From positions 234,875-274,874 of the forward strand of contig NZ_JANHAV010000003.1 of the NCBI RefSeq assembly GCF_024464655.1: a stretch of DNA of 40,000 bases, given 5' to 3'. Below the pieces are notes generated by a model. It was not told the origin of the DNA and ran no database searches. It saw only the letters and a program-made list of their open reading frames with translations. The position numbers were made by a program, and so were the translations under genes. Positions within the stretch are counted from its first letter, which is position 1, and every line of letters starts with the position of its first letter. This DNA is from Halobellus inordinatus. GTDB lineage: Archaea > Halobacteriota > Halobacteria > Halobacteriales > Haloferacaceae. This document shows positions 27,941 to 35,725 of the stretch, piece after piece.

Positions 27941-28489
27941 TCACATACCGAGCCAGTCCGGAACCCGTTTTCTGAAGAGCGTGTACGCCGCCGCGAGAAG
28001 GACGCCGCCGACGACCAGCACCCGGAGCCAGCCGTCGAACGTCGCAGCGGCGGGAACCGCGAGAACGACTGTCAAGAGGAGGTCCTCAGGTGCACCGTCG
28101 TAGCGGACGACGTAGCGGGGGCGGAGCCACCGGCGCCGCGGATGGAGGTAGACGGCGCGGTCGGAGGTGCGCTCCCACGGGCGAAGTTCCTCGCCCGCGC
28201 CGAACCAATCCGACAGCGAGTGCATACCCGCCGCGAGGAAGAACAGCGCGACAGCGACCGTGAGTGCCGACGGAGAGGCCACCGCGAGGGCACCAGCGAG
28301 AGCGCCGGCGGCGGAGTAGTACACCGGGAAGTGCAGCGTCTTGCGGTGGACGCCGACGAACAGATCCACGTCCGGGAGGATACCGCCGAGGACCGCTCCC
28401 ACAGCAGCCGGGACGGCTAACTCGGGGGCGACGTAGGCCACGGGCGCGGCGAGGAGGAGCCCGGCCGCCACGTGCGTGGTGACCATCAT
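27941..28489 (-). CDS. Membrane-bound metal-dependent hydrolase-like protein (YdjM/DUF457-like)
   Basis: ORF 27941..28579. The start is MMVTTHVAAGLLLAAP… (complement of 28487-28489). It is a polytopic hydrophobic protein with conserved-looking His/Asp (THV…, ILPDVDLFVGVHRKTLHFP, GMHSLSDW). The family call is tentative. Confidence 0.6.
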   Translation of the reverse strand: MMVTTHVAAGLLLAAPVAYVAPELAVPAAVGAVLGGILPDVDLFVGVHRKTLHFPVYYSAAGALAGALAVASPSALTVAVALFFLAAGMHSLSDWFGAGEELRPWERTSDRAVYLHPRRRWLRPRYVVRYDGAPEDLLLTVVLAVPAAATFDGWLRVLVVGGVLLAAAYTLFRKRVPDWLGM

Positions 28490-28547
28490 CGACTGGTGGA
28501 AGGATCGGAGCGAACTTGAGTCTGTCCGGCGTCGCCAGCGAAAGCAG

Positions 28548-29705
28548 TCAGAACAGCGGATCGAGACCGCCCTCGTCACCCCAGACGAGATCCCGGAGCG
28601 CCTCCGGCCGCTCTGCGGCCCTGGCTTCGAGGTTCTGCTGCGTCTCGCGACCGATCTGCTGGAGTTCTTTGATCCGCGGGACGTCGGTGACCCCCGCGAA
28701 CACGACGAGCGCCGCGACGTAGTTCGACTCCGGGATCGGGTAGTCGCCGCCGCGGACCTCCATCGTGCCGGTCTCCTCCTCCAGCCAACGCCGTGCCTCC
28801 TCGATCCCCTTTCGGTTGAGGTACTTCGGCGGTCCGCTGACGACGACGAGCGCGCGCTCGGTGCTCTGGACGTTCGCCGGGAGCGTGAGGTTTCCGAGCG
28901 TCGCTCGGCGCACCGTCGTCGTGATCCGGTTGACGACGTCCGTCGCGTCGGGAGCGGCCTCGCGCCGGCCGAACAGCCCCCGAGACGCCCGTTCGAGTTC
29001 GGAGTTGGCGTAGCCGATGGTCGTCACGCCGCCGCCGGCCAGCGTGTTGATGATCTCGGAGGCGTCGACGACCGACTCCGGGACCGGCGCGTTCGACACC
29101 TCACCCGCGGTGAGGAGGACACCGAGACGGCGGGCGATCTCCTCGTTGATGGCCGCGTAACCGCCGTGGAGGCTCTCGCCCGACCGTCGCCAGGTGTCGT
29201 TGTCGAAGACGAGCAGATTGTCGACTTCCCGCACGAACGTCTGGAACGACCGCGCGGCGTTCAGCGTGTAGATCCCGCCTTCGTCGCTCCCGGGCAGGAC
29301 GCCGAGTCCGTACGTCGGCTCCGTGTAGAGCCGCGAGAGTTCACGCGCGATGACCGGCGCGGCGCCCGATCCGGTACCCCCGCCCAGGCCGGCGACGACC
29401 AAGAACGCGTCGACCTCGTGGCTCGGCAGGTCGTTGACGGCCCCGCGAACCTCGTCGATGTCCTCCTGGGCGACGGTCACGCCGAGTTCGTTGTCGGCCC
29501 CGCAGCCGTGGCCTTTCACGCGCGATTGACCGATGAGGACACGGTTGTCGACCGGGATTTGGGTGAGGCCGAGTAGATCGGCCGTCGCCGAGTTGATGGC
29601 GACGGCGTCGGTGACGAAATCGGCCCGGCTCGCCGCCTCGTACTCCAAGATCGCGTCAGCGACCTTGCCGCCGGCCTGGCCGACGCCGATCAGTGCGATC
29701 TTCAT
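28548..29705 (-). CDS. cetZ: CetZ-type tubulin/FtsZ-superfamily protein (paralogue b)
   Basis: MKIALIGVGQAGGKVADAI, AGLGGGTGSGAAPV, LPGSDEGGIYTLNAARSFQTFVREVDNLLVFDND. The tail ends …GGLDPLF. It is in inverted orientation to paralogue a. Confidence 0.9.
   Translation of the reverse strand: MKIALIGVGQAGGKVADAILEYEAASRADFVTDAVAINSATADLLGLTQIPVDNRVLIGQSRVKGHGCGADNELGVTVAQEDIDEVRGAVNDLPSHEVDAFLVVAGLGGGTGSGAAPVIARELSRLYTEPTYGLGVLPGSDEGGIYTLNAARSFQTFVREVDNLLVFDNDTWRRSGESLHGGYAAINEEIARRLGVLLTAGEVSNAPVPESVVDASEIINTLAGGGVTTIGYANSELERASRGLFGRREAAPDATDVVNRITTTVRRATLGNLTLPANVQSTERALVVVSGPPKYLNRKGIEEARRWLEEETGTMEVRGGDYPIPESNYVAALVVFAGVTDVPRIKELQQIGRETQQNLEARAAERPEALRDLVWGDEGGLDPLF
29196..29288. repeat. 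93-nt tract identical to the reverse complement of 24426-24518 (inside cetZ-b)
   Basis: See the partner feature at 24426-24518. The mismatches that flank the tract are at 29195 and 29289. Confidence 0.9.
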
Positions 29706-29852
29706 CTCAGCGAACTGTTGGGAGCCAGCGACAATAAGGCTCCGCCCGGCGGGGTCCGGTGAAATCGCCGCTCGTAGGGATTATCGTAACTGTTCGGAGA
29801 GTCTCGCCGTGCCGTCCGGCGAGAAATCTACGGGTACTTGCGATAATCTCTA

Positions 29853-31262
29853 TCAGTCGTCGGCAGGGGCGGGGTCGCTGCCCGCCCGCGACTGTTCGTC
29901 GAGCAGCGGTGTGCCGTCGGCTCGCGGCCCGAGACGCGGCCCGTGGGGTCGGTCGTCGACGTCGATTCGGCGCACCGTCCGGTAGTCGGTCGAACGCTCG
30001 ACGGGCGTACGACCGATCGCCGAGATCATCTCGACGTAGTCGTCGAACGAGCGGAACTCGCCGAACGATCCACCGGCGCGGGTGGTGATCTCCTCCGAGA
30101 GAATCGTCCCCATAAAGTCGTTCGCGCCGCAGTTGAGCAGTTTCAGCGCCTTCGCGTTCCCGAACTTCACCCACGAGGACTGGATGTTCTCGACGTTGTC
30201 GAGGAACAGTCGGGCGACTGCGACCACCAGTTCGTCTTCGGCGTCGCTCGCGCCGCCGTCGACGACGCCGCTCTCGTACAGCGGCGTGTTCTCGTGGACG
30301 AACGAGAGCGGGACGAACTCGGTGATGCCGCCGGTGCGGTCCTGCAGATCGCGGATCACTTTCAGATGTTCGATGCGGTGAGCCGCGTTCTCGACGTGAC
30401 CGTACATCATCGTCGAGGTGACGTCGAGTCCGGCCGCGATCGCGCCCTCCATCGCGGCGACCCACTCGTCGGTACCGATCTTCCCCGGGCAGATGACGTC
30501 GCGGACCTCCTCGACGAGGATCTCCGCGGCGGTGCCGGGCGCGGAGGCGAGCCCCGTTGTCTTGAGTTCGCGGTAGACCTCCTCGTAGGACCAGTCGGTG
30601 CCGCGGCGGGCGTGCTGGGCCTCCTCGGGCGTCATCGAGTGGAGGTGGACTCCGCCGATCGACATCGCGCGCATCTGCTCGACGTACGTGCCGGGATCGG
30701 TCTCGTAGACCGTCGGCGGTTTGTAGTCGACCTCCTTCGCCGGGTCGTCGTACGTCGCCAGGATCTCGCGGTGCTCCTCGTTCAGTGCGAACGCGGGGTG
30801 GAGTCCCGAGACCGACGTCACCTCGTAGATGCCCATATCGAGCGCGTCCTCGACGACGGCGCGCGACTCCGCGGGCGGTTTGGTGAAGCCCGCGTGCTCG
30901 CCGTCGTAGTCCGCCTCGAACTGGTGGGCGGTGTTCTTGAAGTTGCAGAACAGACAGCCCGTGTTGCAGGCGGTGGTGACGTTGTTGTTGAGGTTCGCCA
31001 CGAACGTGACCTCGTCGCCGGCGACCTCGGCTCGTCGCCGGTCGGCGGCCTCGAGGACCTGCTCTTTCCGTATCGGGTCGATTCCGGGCGCGTCGGTACC
31101 GGTCGTGATCAGTTCGATCCCGTCGTCGACAGTCAGGCGGTCGCCCGCGCGGGCCTTCGCCAGCGCGTTCTCGAACGACTGGTCCGTGTCGGGGACGACG
31201 TCGAACTCGAAATCGGAAGCGGAGTCGGACCCCTCGTCCGTCGGTGCGGCTGGCTCGCGCAT
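29853..31262 (-). CDS. cofH: FO synthase subunit CofH (radical SAM)
   Basis: 469 aa. Cluster motif TTACNTGCLFCNF, …GLHPAF…, …GANDFMGTILSEEIT…. It has an acidic N-terminal extension and a C-terminal extension ending …DPAPADD. Confidence 0.88.
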   Translation of the reverse strand: MREPAAPTDEGSDSASDFEFDVVPDTDQSFENALAKARAGDRLTVDDGIELITTGTDAPGIDPIRKEQVLEAADRRRAEVAGDEVTFVANLNNNVTTACNTGCLFCNFKNTAHQFEADYDGEHAGFTKPPAESRAVVEDALDMGIYEVTSVSGLHPAFALNEEHREILATYDDPAKEVDYKPPTVYETDPGTYVEQMRAMSIGGVHLHSMTPEEAQHARRGTDWSYEEVYRELKTTGLASAPGTAAEILVEEVRDVICPGKIGTDEWVAAMEGAIAAGLDVTSTMMYGHVENAAHRIEHLKVIRDLQDRTGGITEFVPLSFVHENTPLYESGVVDGGASDAEDELVVAVARLFLDNVENIQSSWVKFGNAKALKLLNCGANDFMGTILSEEITTRAGGSFGEFRSFDDYVEMISAIGRTPVERSTDYRTVRRIDVDDRPHGPRLGPRADGTPLLDEQSRAGSDPAPADD

Positions 31263-31412
31263 ACCGGTTCACAACGCGATACGAGACAAAAAGTGAGGTG
31301 GTAGCGGCACTGGCGTGGTATATCACAGACGTGTATAGATCCTACCGCTATTCGGGGAAAGTACACACGGGAGTGGAAGCCTTCTTGTGCGATGCCGACG
31401 CCACTTCGGCGT

Positions 31413-32450
31413 ATGACGAGCGTCAAGGAGTTCCGCGTCGACGCGGAACCGACGGCGTCCGACCTCGGGCGCGGACGGTTCGTGTTCACCGACCAGTACT
31501 CCGTCTTCGACTGGGGGGAGATGCCCGATCACGTCCCGAACAAGGGCGCGTCGCTGTGTACGATGGGCGCACACAACTTCGAGCGCCTGGCCGAGCACGA
31601 CGTCCCGACGCACTACGCGGGCGTCTATCCGGCGGACGCGTCGGCCAGCGACGACCCCGTCGTCCTCGAAGCGTGCGAGGAACCGCCGACCGAGATGGCG
31701 ATCGAACTCACGCAGGTGCCGGACCTCCCCTACCTCGGCGACGACGAGTACGACTACGACGCCTACCACGATGCCGCCGGCGAGAACTACCTGATCCCCC
31801 TAGAGATCGTCTTCCGCAACACTGTCCCCGCGGGATCGAGCCTCCGGTCTCGGGGAACGCCCGCCGAATACGGCCTCGACCTCGCGTCGTGGCCCGACGA
31901 GGCCGTCGACCTGCCGGAGCCTGTCGTCGAGTTCTCGACGAAGTACGAAGAACAGGATCGCTACCTCTCGCGGCCGGAGGCCGACCGGATCGCCGGCGTC
32001 GCCGCCCTCGAGGACCTCGAAGACCTCGCGCTCGCGGTGAACGAGGTCCTGAACGAACGCGCCGCCGAACGCGGGTTCGTCCACGAGGACGGCAAAATCG
32101 AGTGTCTGTATCACGACGGCACCGTCAAGGTCGCCGATGTCGTCGGCACCTTCGACGAGAACCGCTTCTCCTACGACGGCCAGGAGGTCTCGAAGGAGGT
32201 CGTCCGGCAGTACTACAAGCGGACCGACCCCGAGTGGGTCGACGCCGTCTCCGAGGCGAAGTCGCAGGCGCGCGAGGAGGGCGTCGCCGACTGGCGCGGC
32301 CTGTGCGATCGCTCGCCGGAGTCGCTTCCGGCGGACGTTCTCGAAGCCGTCGCGGACCTCTATGCGGCCGGGACAAACGCCTACACCGGGTCCGCGTGGT
32401 TCGACGCGCCCGACATCGACGACGCGGTCGCCCGCGTCCGCGACCTCTGA
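31413..32450 (+). CDS. purC: Phosphoribosylaminoimidazole-succinocarboxamide (SAICAR) synthase
   Basis: ORF 31392..32450. [10 protein letters not shown]…[21 protein letters not shown]…GASLC…, and …HEDGKIEC… are PurC motifs. The start at 31413 is preferred, with 31392 as an alternative. The gene ends with three consecutive in-frame stops, TGA TAG TGA. Confidence 0.88.
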   Translation: MTSVKEFRVDAEPTASDLGRGRFVFTDQYSVFDWGEMPDHVPNKGASLCTMGAHNFERLAEHDVPTHYAGVYPADASASDDPVVLEACEEPPTEMAIELTQVPDLPYLGDDEYDYDAYHDAAGENYLIPLEIVFRNTVPAGSSLRSRGTPAEYGLDLASWPDEAVDLPEPVVEFSTKYEEQDRYLSRPEADRIAGVAALEDLEDLALAVNEVLNERAAERGFVHEDGKIECLYHDGTVKVADVVGTFDENRFSYDGQEVSKEVVRQYYKRTDPEWVDAVSEAKSQAREEGVADWRGLCDRSPESLPADVLEAVADLYAAGTNAYTGSAWFDAPDIDDAVARVRDL

Positions 32451-32453
32451 TAG

Positions 32454-32527
32454 TGATTACTCTCACTGTGTACCGCCGAGCGCCACTCCCGGTGGCGATG
32501 GTCGGCGGTAAGAGACGAGAGTAATCA
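32454..32527. other. 74-nt near-perfect long hairpin between convergent genes (bidirectional terminator or sRNA candidate)
   Basis: TGATTACTCTC(32454-32464)…GAGAGTAATCA(32517-32527) pair over 11 bp. Inner stems are TACCGCCGA/TCGGCGGTA (9 bp) and CGCCAC/GTGGCG (6 bp), with apical loop TCCCG. Confidence 0.6.
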
Positions 32528-32540
32528 TTATGAGAAGGTC

Positions 32541-32684
32541 TCACCGCGGCGTGTTCTCCGCCACCGTCTCGATCAACTGGAAGTAATCGAGCGCGAACCA
32601 GAGAAGTAGCGCGCCACCGAGGAGGACGAGGAGGACGTAGAGCAGATACTCGACCTCCTTCGCACGGAACGGAGACGGCCTCAT
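32541..32684 (-). CDS. Possible 47-aa single-pass membrane protein
   Basis: ORF 32541..32762. From the ATG at complement of 32682-32684: MRPSPFRAKEVEYLLYVLLVLLGGALLLWFALDYFQLIETVAENTPR, with one clear TM helix. It is short, there is no family support, and the start is uncertain. Confidence 0.35.
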   Translation of the reverse strand: MRPSPFRAKEVEYLLYVLLVLLGGALLLWFALDYFQLIETVAENTPR

Positions 32685-32802
32685 CGCAGGCAGAGCGGGC
32701 GTGGACGTGGCAGTCGTCGGCTCATTTTTGTAGGTGGCCTCACAGGGCGTCGAACACAGCACGTCGATGGAGCCAGTAAAAGGGTCGGCGTGTCCGACCG
32801 TA

Positions 32803-33792
32803 TCAGTCGTCAGCCGGGTCCGGAACCGACGGCGACTCGGGCGCGTTCCGAAGCGCCGAATCGAGGTCGTCGACGGGGCCGTCGGGTTGGGCTGCCTCGG
32901 CGTCTCCCGAGAGACCGAGCTGGTAGTCCTCGGCGTCGGCGCTCTCGCGGAGACTCGTCCGCCCGCGGTGCGAGGAGACGGCGTCGTCCAGATGCAGTCG
33001 GATGGCTTCGAGGAACGCCTCCGCTTCGAGCGGTTGTCCGCGCTCGCGGAGTTCCTCGACGGACGCGTCGTCGGGGACGTCGAACACGCGCTGGGAGATG
33101 ATCGGCCCCTGGTCGAGGTCTGTAGTGACGTAGTGGGCCGTGACGCCCGCGATCCGGACGCCCTCCTCTTTCGCCTGCCGATAGGCCTTCGCGCCGGGGA
33201 ACGCCGGCAGGAGCGAGGGGTGGACGTTGATGATGCGGTCCTCGTAGCGGAAGACGACCTCGGGGCTGAGAATACGGATGAAGCGCGCGAGCGCCACGAG
33301 GTCGATCTCGTAGTCGTCGAGCACCTCCAGCAAGTGGTCTTCGTCGGGGACGCCGGTCTCGTCGCCGACGTCGACGAACGGCACGTCGTAGGCGTCCGCC
33401 AGGGGTTCGAGATCGTCGTGGTTCCCGATCACGACCGCGATTTCGGCGTCGAGGTCGCCGTCGGCGCGAGCCTGCAGGAGCGCTTCGAGGCAGTGACTCT
33501 CTTTGGTCACCAGCGCGGCGATCCGTCGCGTCTCGCGGTCCGTCGGGAACCGGACCTGGATGTCGACGCCGAGGTCCGCGCCGAGGTCCGATAGAGCATC
33601 TCGGAGCGTCTCCTCGGTGCAGACCATCTCGGAGGTGTCCGCGTGCAGCGTCATTCGGAAGACGCCATCGCGGACGGCCTGGTCGATGTCTTCGACGTTG
33701 ATTCCGCGCTCGAACAGCAGCGTCGTGACGTTCGCAACGAGTCCCGTCTTGTCTCCTCCGACGACGGTGATTTCGGTCAGATCATTCGTCAT
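32803..33792 (-). CDS. purU: Formyltetrahydrofolate deformylase
   Basis: N-terminal ACT domain (ITVVGGDKTGLVANVTTLLFERGINVEDIDQ) and a formyltransferase core (…IINVHPSLLPAFPGAKAYRQA…HYVTTDLDQGPII…). The ATG at 33792 is preferred over the GTG at 33801. A ~50-aa C-terminal extension ends …VPDPADD. Confidence 0.85.
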   Translation of the reverse strand: MTNDLTEITVVGGDKTGLVANVTTLLFERGINVEDIDQAVRDGVFRMTLHADTSEMVCTEETLRDALSDLGADLGVDIQVRFPTDRETRRIAALVTKESHCLEALLQARADGDLDAEIAVVIGNHDDLEPLADAYDVPFVDVGDETGVPDEDHLLEVLDDYEIDLVALARFIRILSPEVVFRYEDRIINVHPSLLPAFPGAKAYRQAKEEGVRIAGVTAHYVTTDLDQGPIISQRVFDVPDDASVEELRERGQPLEAEAFLEAIRLHLDDAVSSHRGRTSLRESADAEDYQLGLSGDAEAAQPDGPVDDLDSALRNAPESPSVPDPADD

Positions 33793-33981
33793 CGCTTCCA
33801 CCTCGCTGCCGCGGCGCGCGGTCTCATCGGTCGATGCGAATCCAGCGACGGCTAAAAGCGTTTCTTTCCTTTCCGAGTAAATCCTCCAAACGCTGAGACG
33901 TCTCTCCCCGCCGATATCACGTTCGTGTATACCCGAACCAGTCCAAAACGTCTTTTACACACGACCGCGCACTACGATTCG

Positions 33982-34233
33982 ATGACGACGTACACCGCGA
34001 CGGTGACGGTCCGCCTCAAGCGGGGCGTGTTGGATCCCGAAGCCGAGACGACAAAGCGCGCGCTCGAACGTCTCGGATTCGAACTGGAGGCGCTCCGCTC
34101 TGCGGACCAGTTCGAGCTCGATCTCGACGCCGAGTCGGCCGACGCCGCGGCCGACCGCGCCGACGAGATGGCCGAGCGACTGCTCGCGAACCCGACGATC
34201 CACGACTACGACGTCGAGGTGACGGAAGCCTGA
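33982..34233 (+). CDS. purS: Phosphoribosylformylglycinamidine synthase subunit PurS
   Basis: ORF 33925..34233. ATG 33982 gives MTTYTATVTVRLKRGVLDPEAETTKRALERLGF…, the typical PurS start. A CTTTTAC box lies ~25 nt upstream (leaderless-type). Confidence 0.85.
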   Translation: MTTYTATVTVRLKRGVLDPEAETTKRALERLGFELEALRSADQFELDLDAESADAAADRADEMAERLLANPTIHDYDVEVTEA

Positions 34234-34248
34234 TGAGCCTCCCTTCCT

Positions 34249-34360
34249 CGACACCGACCGTCTTTGTCCGCCACGGAGGTCGGTCCCTGTGACGGTCGCG
34301 TTCGCGACACCGACCGTCTTTGTCCGCCACGGAGGTCGGTCCCTGTGACGGTCGCTGTCG
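34249..34360 (+). repeat. Tandem duplication, 2 x 56 nt (54/56 identical), spanning the purQ SD and GTG start
   Basis: Unit 1 is 34249-34304 and unit 2 is 34305-34360: CGACACCGACCGTCTTTGTCCGCCACGGAGGTCGGTCCCTGTGACGGTCGC(GT/TG)TCG. The first 51 nt are identical. The differences are at 34300/34356 and 34301/34357. Confidence 0.95.
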
Positions 34361-35022
34361 TCCAGTTCGGCGGCTCGAACTGCGACCGCGACGCGGTCCA
34401 GGCGCTCGCTCACGTCGGCGTCGACGCCGAGCGCGTCTGGCACGAAGACGGCCTCCCGTCGGATATCGACGGCGTCGTGCTCCCGGGGGGCTTCTCCTAC
34501 GGCGACTACCTCCGCGCGGGCGCGATGGCCGCGCACTCGCCGATTATGAACGACGTTCGCGACGCCGCCGAAGACGGCGTCCCGGTGCTCGGCGTCTGCA
34601 ACGGCGCACAGATCGGCTGCGAGGCCAAACTGACGCCGGGCGCGTTCACGACGAACGCGAGCGCGCGCTTCCAGTGTGAATCGGTCTACCTGCGCGTCGA
34701 GAACGCCGACACGCCGTGGACCGCCGCCTACGACGAGGGCGACGTCGTCGAGATCCCGATCGCGCACGGCGAAGGCCGCTTCGAGATCGCCGACGATCGC
34801 TACGACGACCTCGTCGCCGAGGACCGCATCCTGTTCCGGTACTGCGACGCCGACGGCAACGTCACCGCCGACGCGAACCCCAACGGCTCGCGCGGGAACG
34901 TCGCCGGCATCACCGGCGACCACGAGAACGTCGCGGTGCTGATGCCCCACCCCGAGCGCGCGACGCTGCCCGACCTCGGTCGGAGCATCGACGGCCAGGG
35001 CGTGCTGTCCGCGTTCGCCTGA
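34345..35022 (+). CDS. purQ: Phosphoribosylformylglycinamidine synthase glutaminase subunit PurQ
   Basis: In frame with ORF 34264..35022. The conserved N-terminus (M)TVAVVQFGGSNCDRDAVQAL begins at GTG 34345, 8 nt after GGAGGT (34331-34336). GATase motifs are GFSYGDYLRAG, VLGVCNGAQ (Cys nucleophile) and MPHPER. Confidence 0.88.
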   Translation: MTVAVVQFGGSNCDRDAVQALAHVGVDAERVWHEDGLPSDIDGVVLPGGFSYGDYLRAGAMAAHSPIMNDVRDAAEDGVPVLGVCNGAQIGCEAKLTPGAFTTNASARFQCESVYLRVENADTPWTAAYDEGDVVEIPIAHGEGRFEIADDRYDDLVAEDRILFRYCDADGNVTADANPNGSRGNVAGITGDHENVAVLMPHPERATLPDLGRSIDGQGVLSAFA

Positions 35023-35134
35023 GCCGACGCGACCCGTAGTTTCGGACAGCCGCCTGGGAGGTGACCGACCCGCCGGCGAGCCGAAGGCGACCCGTCGGCG
35101 GACGTATTATGTCGCCTGCGATGGAGTATTCACT

Positions 35135-35647
35135 GTGGTGTCATTACAGACGGAAGTCCGCCGATTGCCCGCGAAGCGTCCCCTCCTCGCGCTCGTGCTG
35201 TCGATTCTGCTCGTCGAACTCGTCGGCGCCTCGGGCGCGGTCTTCACCGCACAGGGCCTCGGCACGTGGTACGACTCGCTCGTCCGACCCGCAGTCGCGC
35301 CGCCAAGTTGGGTGTTCGGGCCCGTCTGGACCACGTTGTTCGCGCTGATGGGCACGGGACTGTGGCTCGTCTGGCGGCGGGCGACCGACGCGCCCGGTGC
35401 GGTCCGCCTCGCCGTCGTCGTGTTCGCCGTCCACTTCGTCTTCAATCTGGGTTGGTCGGCCGCGTTCTTCGGGCTGCAGGCGGTCGGTCTCGGTCTCGCG
35501 GTCATCGCCGCCCTCTGGGTGCTGATCGTCGCGACGATGTGGGCGTTCGCACGCGTCGACCGACGTGCGGCGCTGCTGCTCGGTCCCTACCTCCTCTGGG
35601 TGAGCTTCGCCGCGTACCTCAACTACCGCTTCTGGGTGCTGAACTGA
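35135..35647 (+). CDS. tspO: TspO/MBR family tryptophan-rich sensory protein
   Basis: Five hydrophobic helices with TspO motifs (…WYDSLVRPAVAPPSWVFGPVWTTLFALMG…, …FNLGWSAAFFG…, …PYLLWVSFAAYLNY…). There is no in-frame ATG near the N-terminus, so the start must be GTG 35135 or 35138. The start is uncertain. Confidence 0.78.
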   Translation: MVSLQTEVRRLPAKRPLLALVLSILLVELVGASGAVFTAQGLGTWYDSLVRPAVAPPSWVFGPVWTTLFALMGTGLWLVWRRATDAPGAVRLAVVVFAVHFVFNLGWSAAFFGLQAVGLGLAVIAALWVLIVATMWAFARVDRRAALLLGPYLLWVSFAAYLNYRFWVLN

Positions 35648-35668
35648 TCAGGCGAAACGCCGGCGGCT

Positions 35669-35725
35669 GCGTCGATATCGCGACAGCGACGTCTATCACG
35701 ACAGCGGCGTCTATCGTAGCGACAC
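35669..35725. repeat. Three imperfect 19-nt tandem repeats in the tspO/RaSEA convergent gap
   Basis: GCGTCGATATCGCGACAGC (35669-35687), GACGTCTATCACGACAGCG (35688-35706), GCGTCTATCGTAGCGACAC (35707-35725). The shared core is CGTC(GA/T)TATC. The array ends at the RaSEA stop codon. Confidence 0.7.

Noticed and set aside
29707-31326. 539-aa minus-strand ORF overlapping cofH. Similar long ORFs are 5388-6479(+), 6380-7258(-), 8396-9241(-), 9248-10591(-), 10899-11720(-), 31244-32524(+) and 35793-36926(-).
   Set aside because: They are extremely Arg/Pro/Gly-rich with no acidic bias. This is the typical off-frame or antisense shadow ORF of a high-GC genome. Each overlaps a well-supported gene with recognisable motifs in another frame.
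34264-34344. TTG-initiated 27-codon N-terminal extension of purQ (track ORF 34264-35022), and the twin ORF 34320-34679.
   Set aside because: Both arise from the 56-nt duplication. The conserved PurQ N-terminus begins at GTG 34345, which has an SD at optimal spacing. ORF 34320-34679 is an Arg-rich off-frame shadow.
35061-35348. ATG-initiated 95-aa ORF overlapping the tspO start, a possible frameshifted original start of tspO.
   Set aside because: Its product is Ser/Arg/Cys-rich and non-hydrophobic, while the TspO frame is continuous and hydrophobic from GTG 35135 onward. No indel signature is visible. The tspO start codon remains uncertain.
35669-35725. CRISPR-like array.
   Set aside because: There are only three contiguous, imperfect 19-nt units with no spacers and no cas genes.
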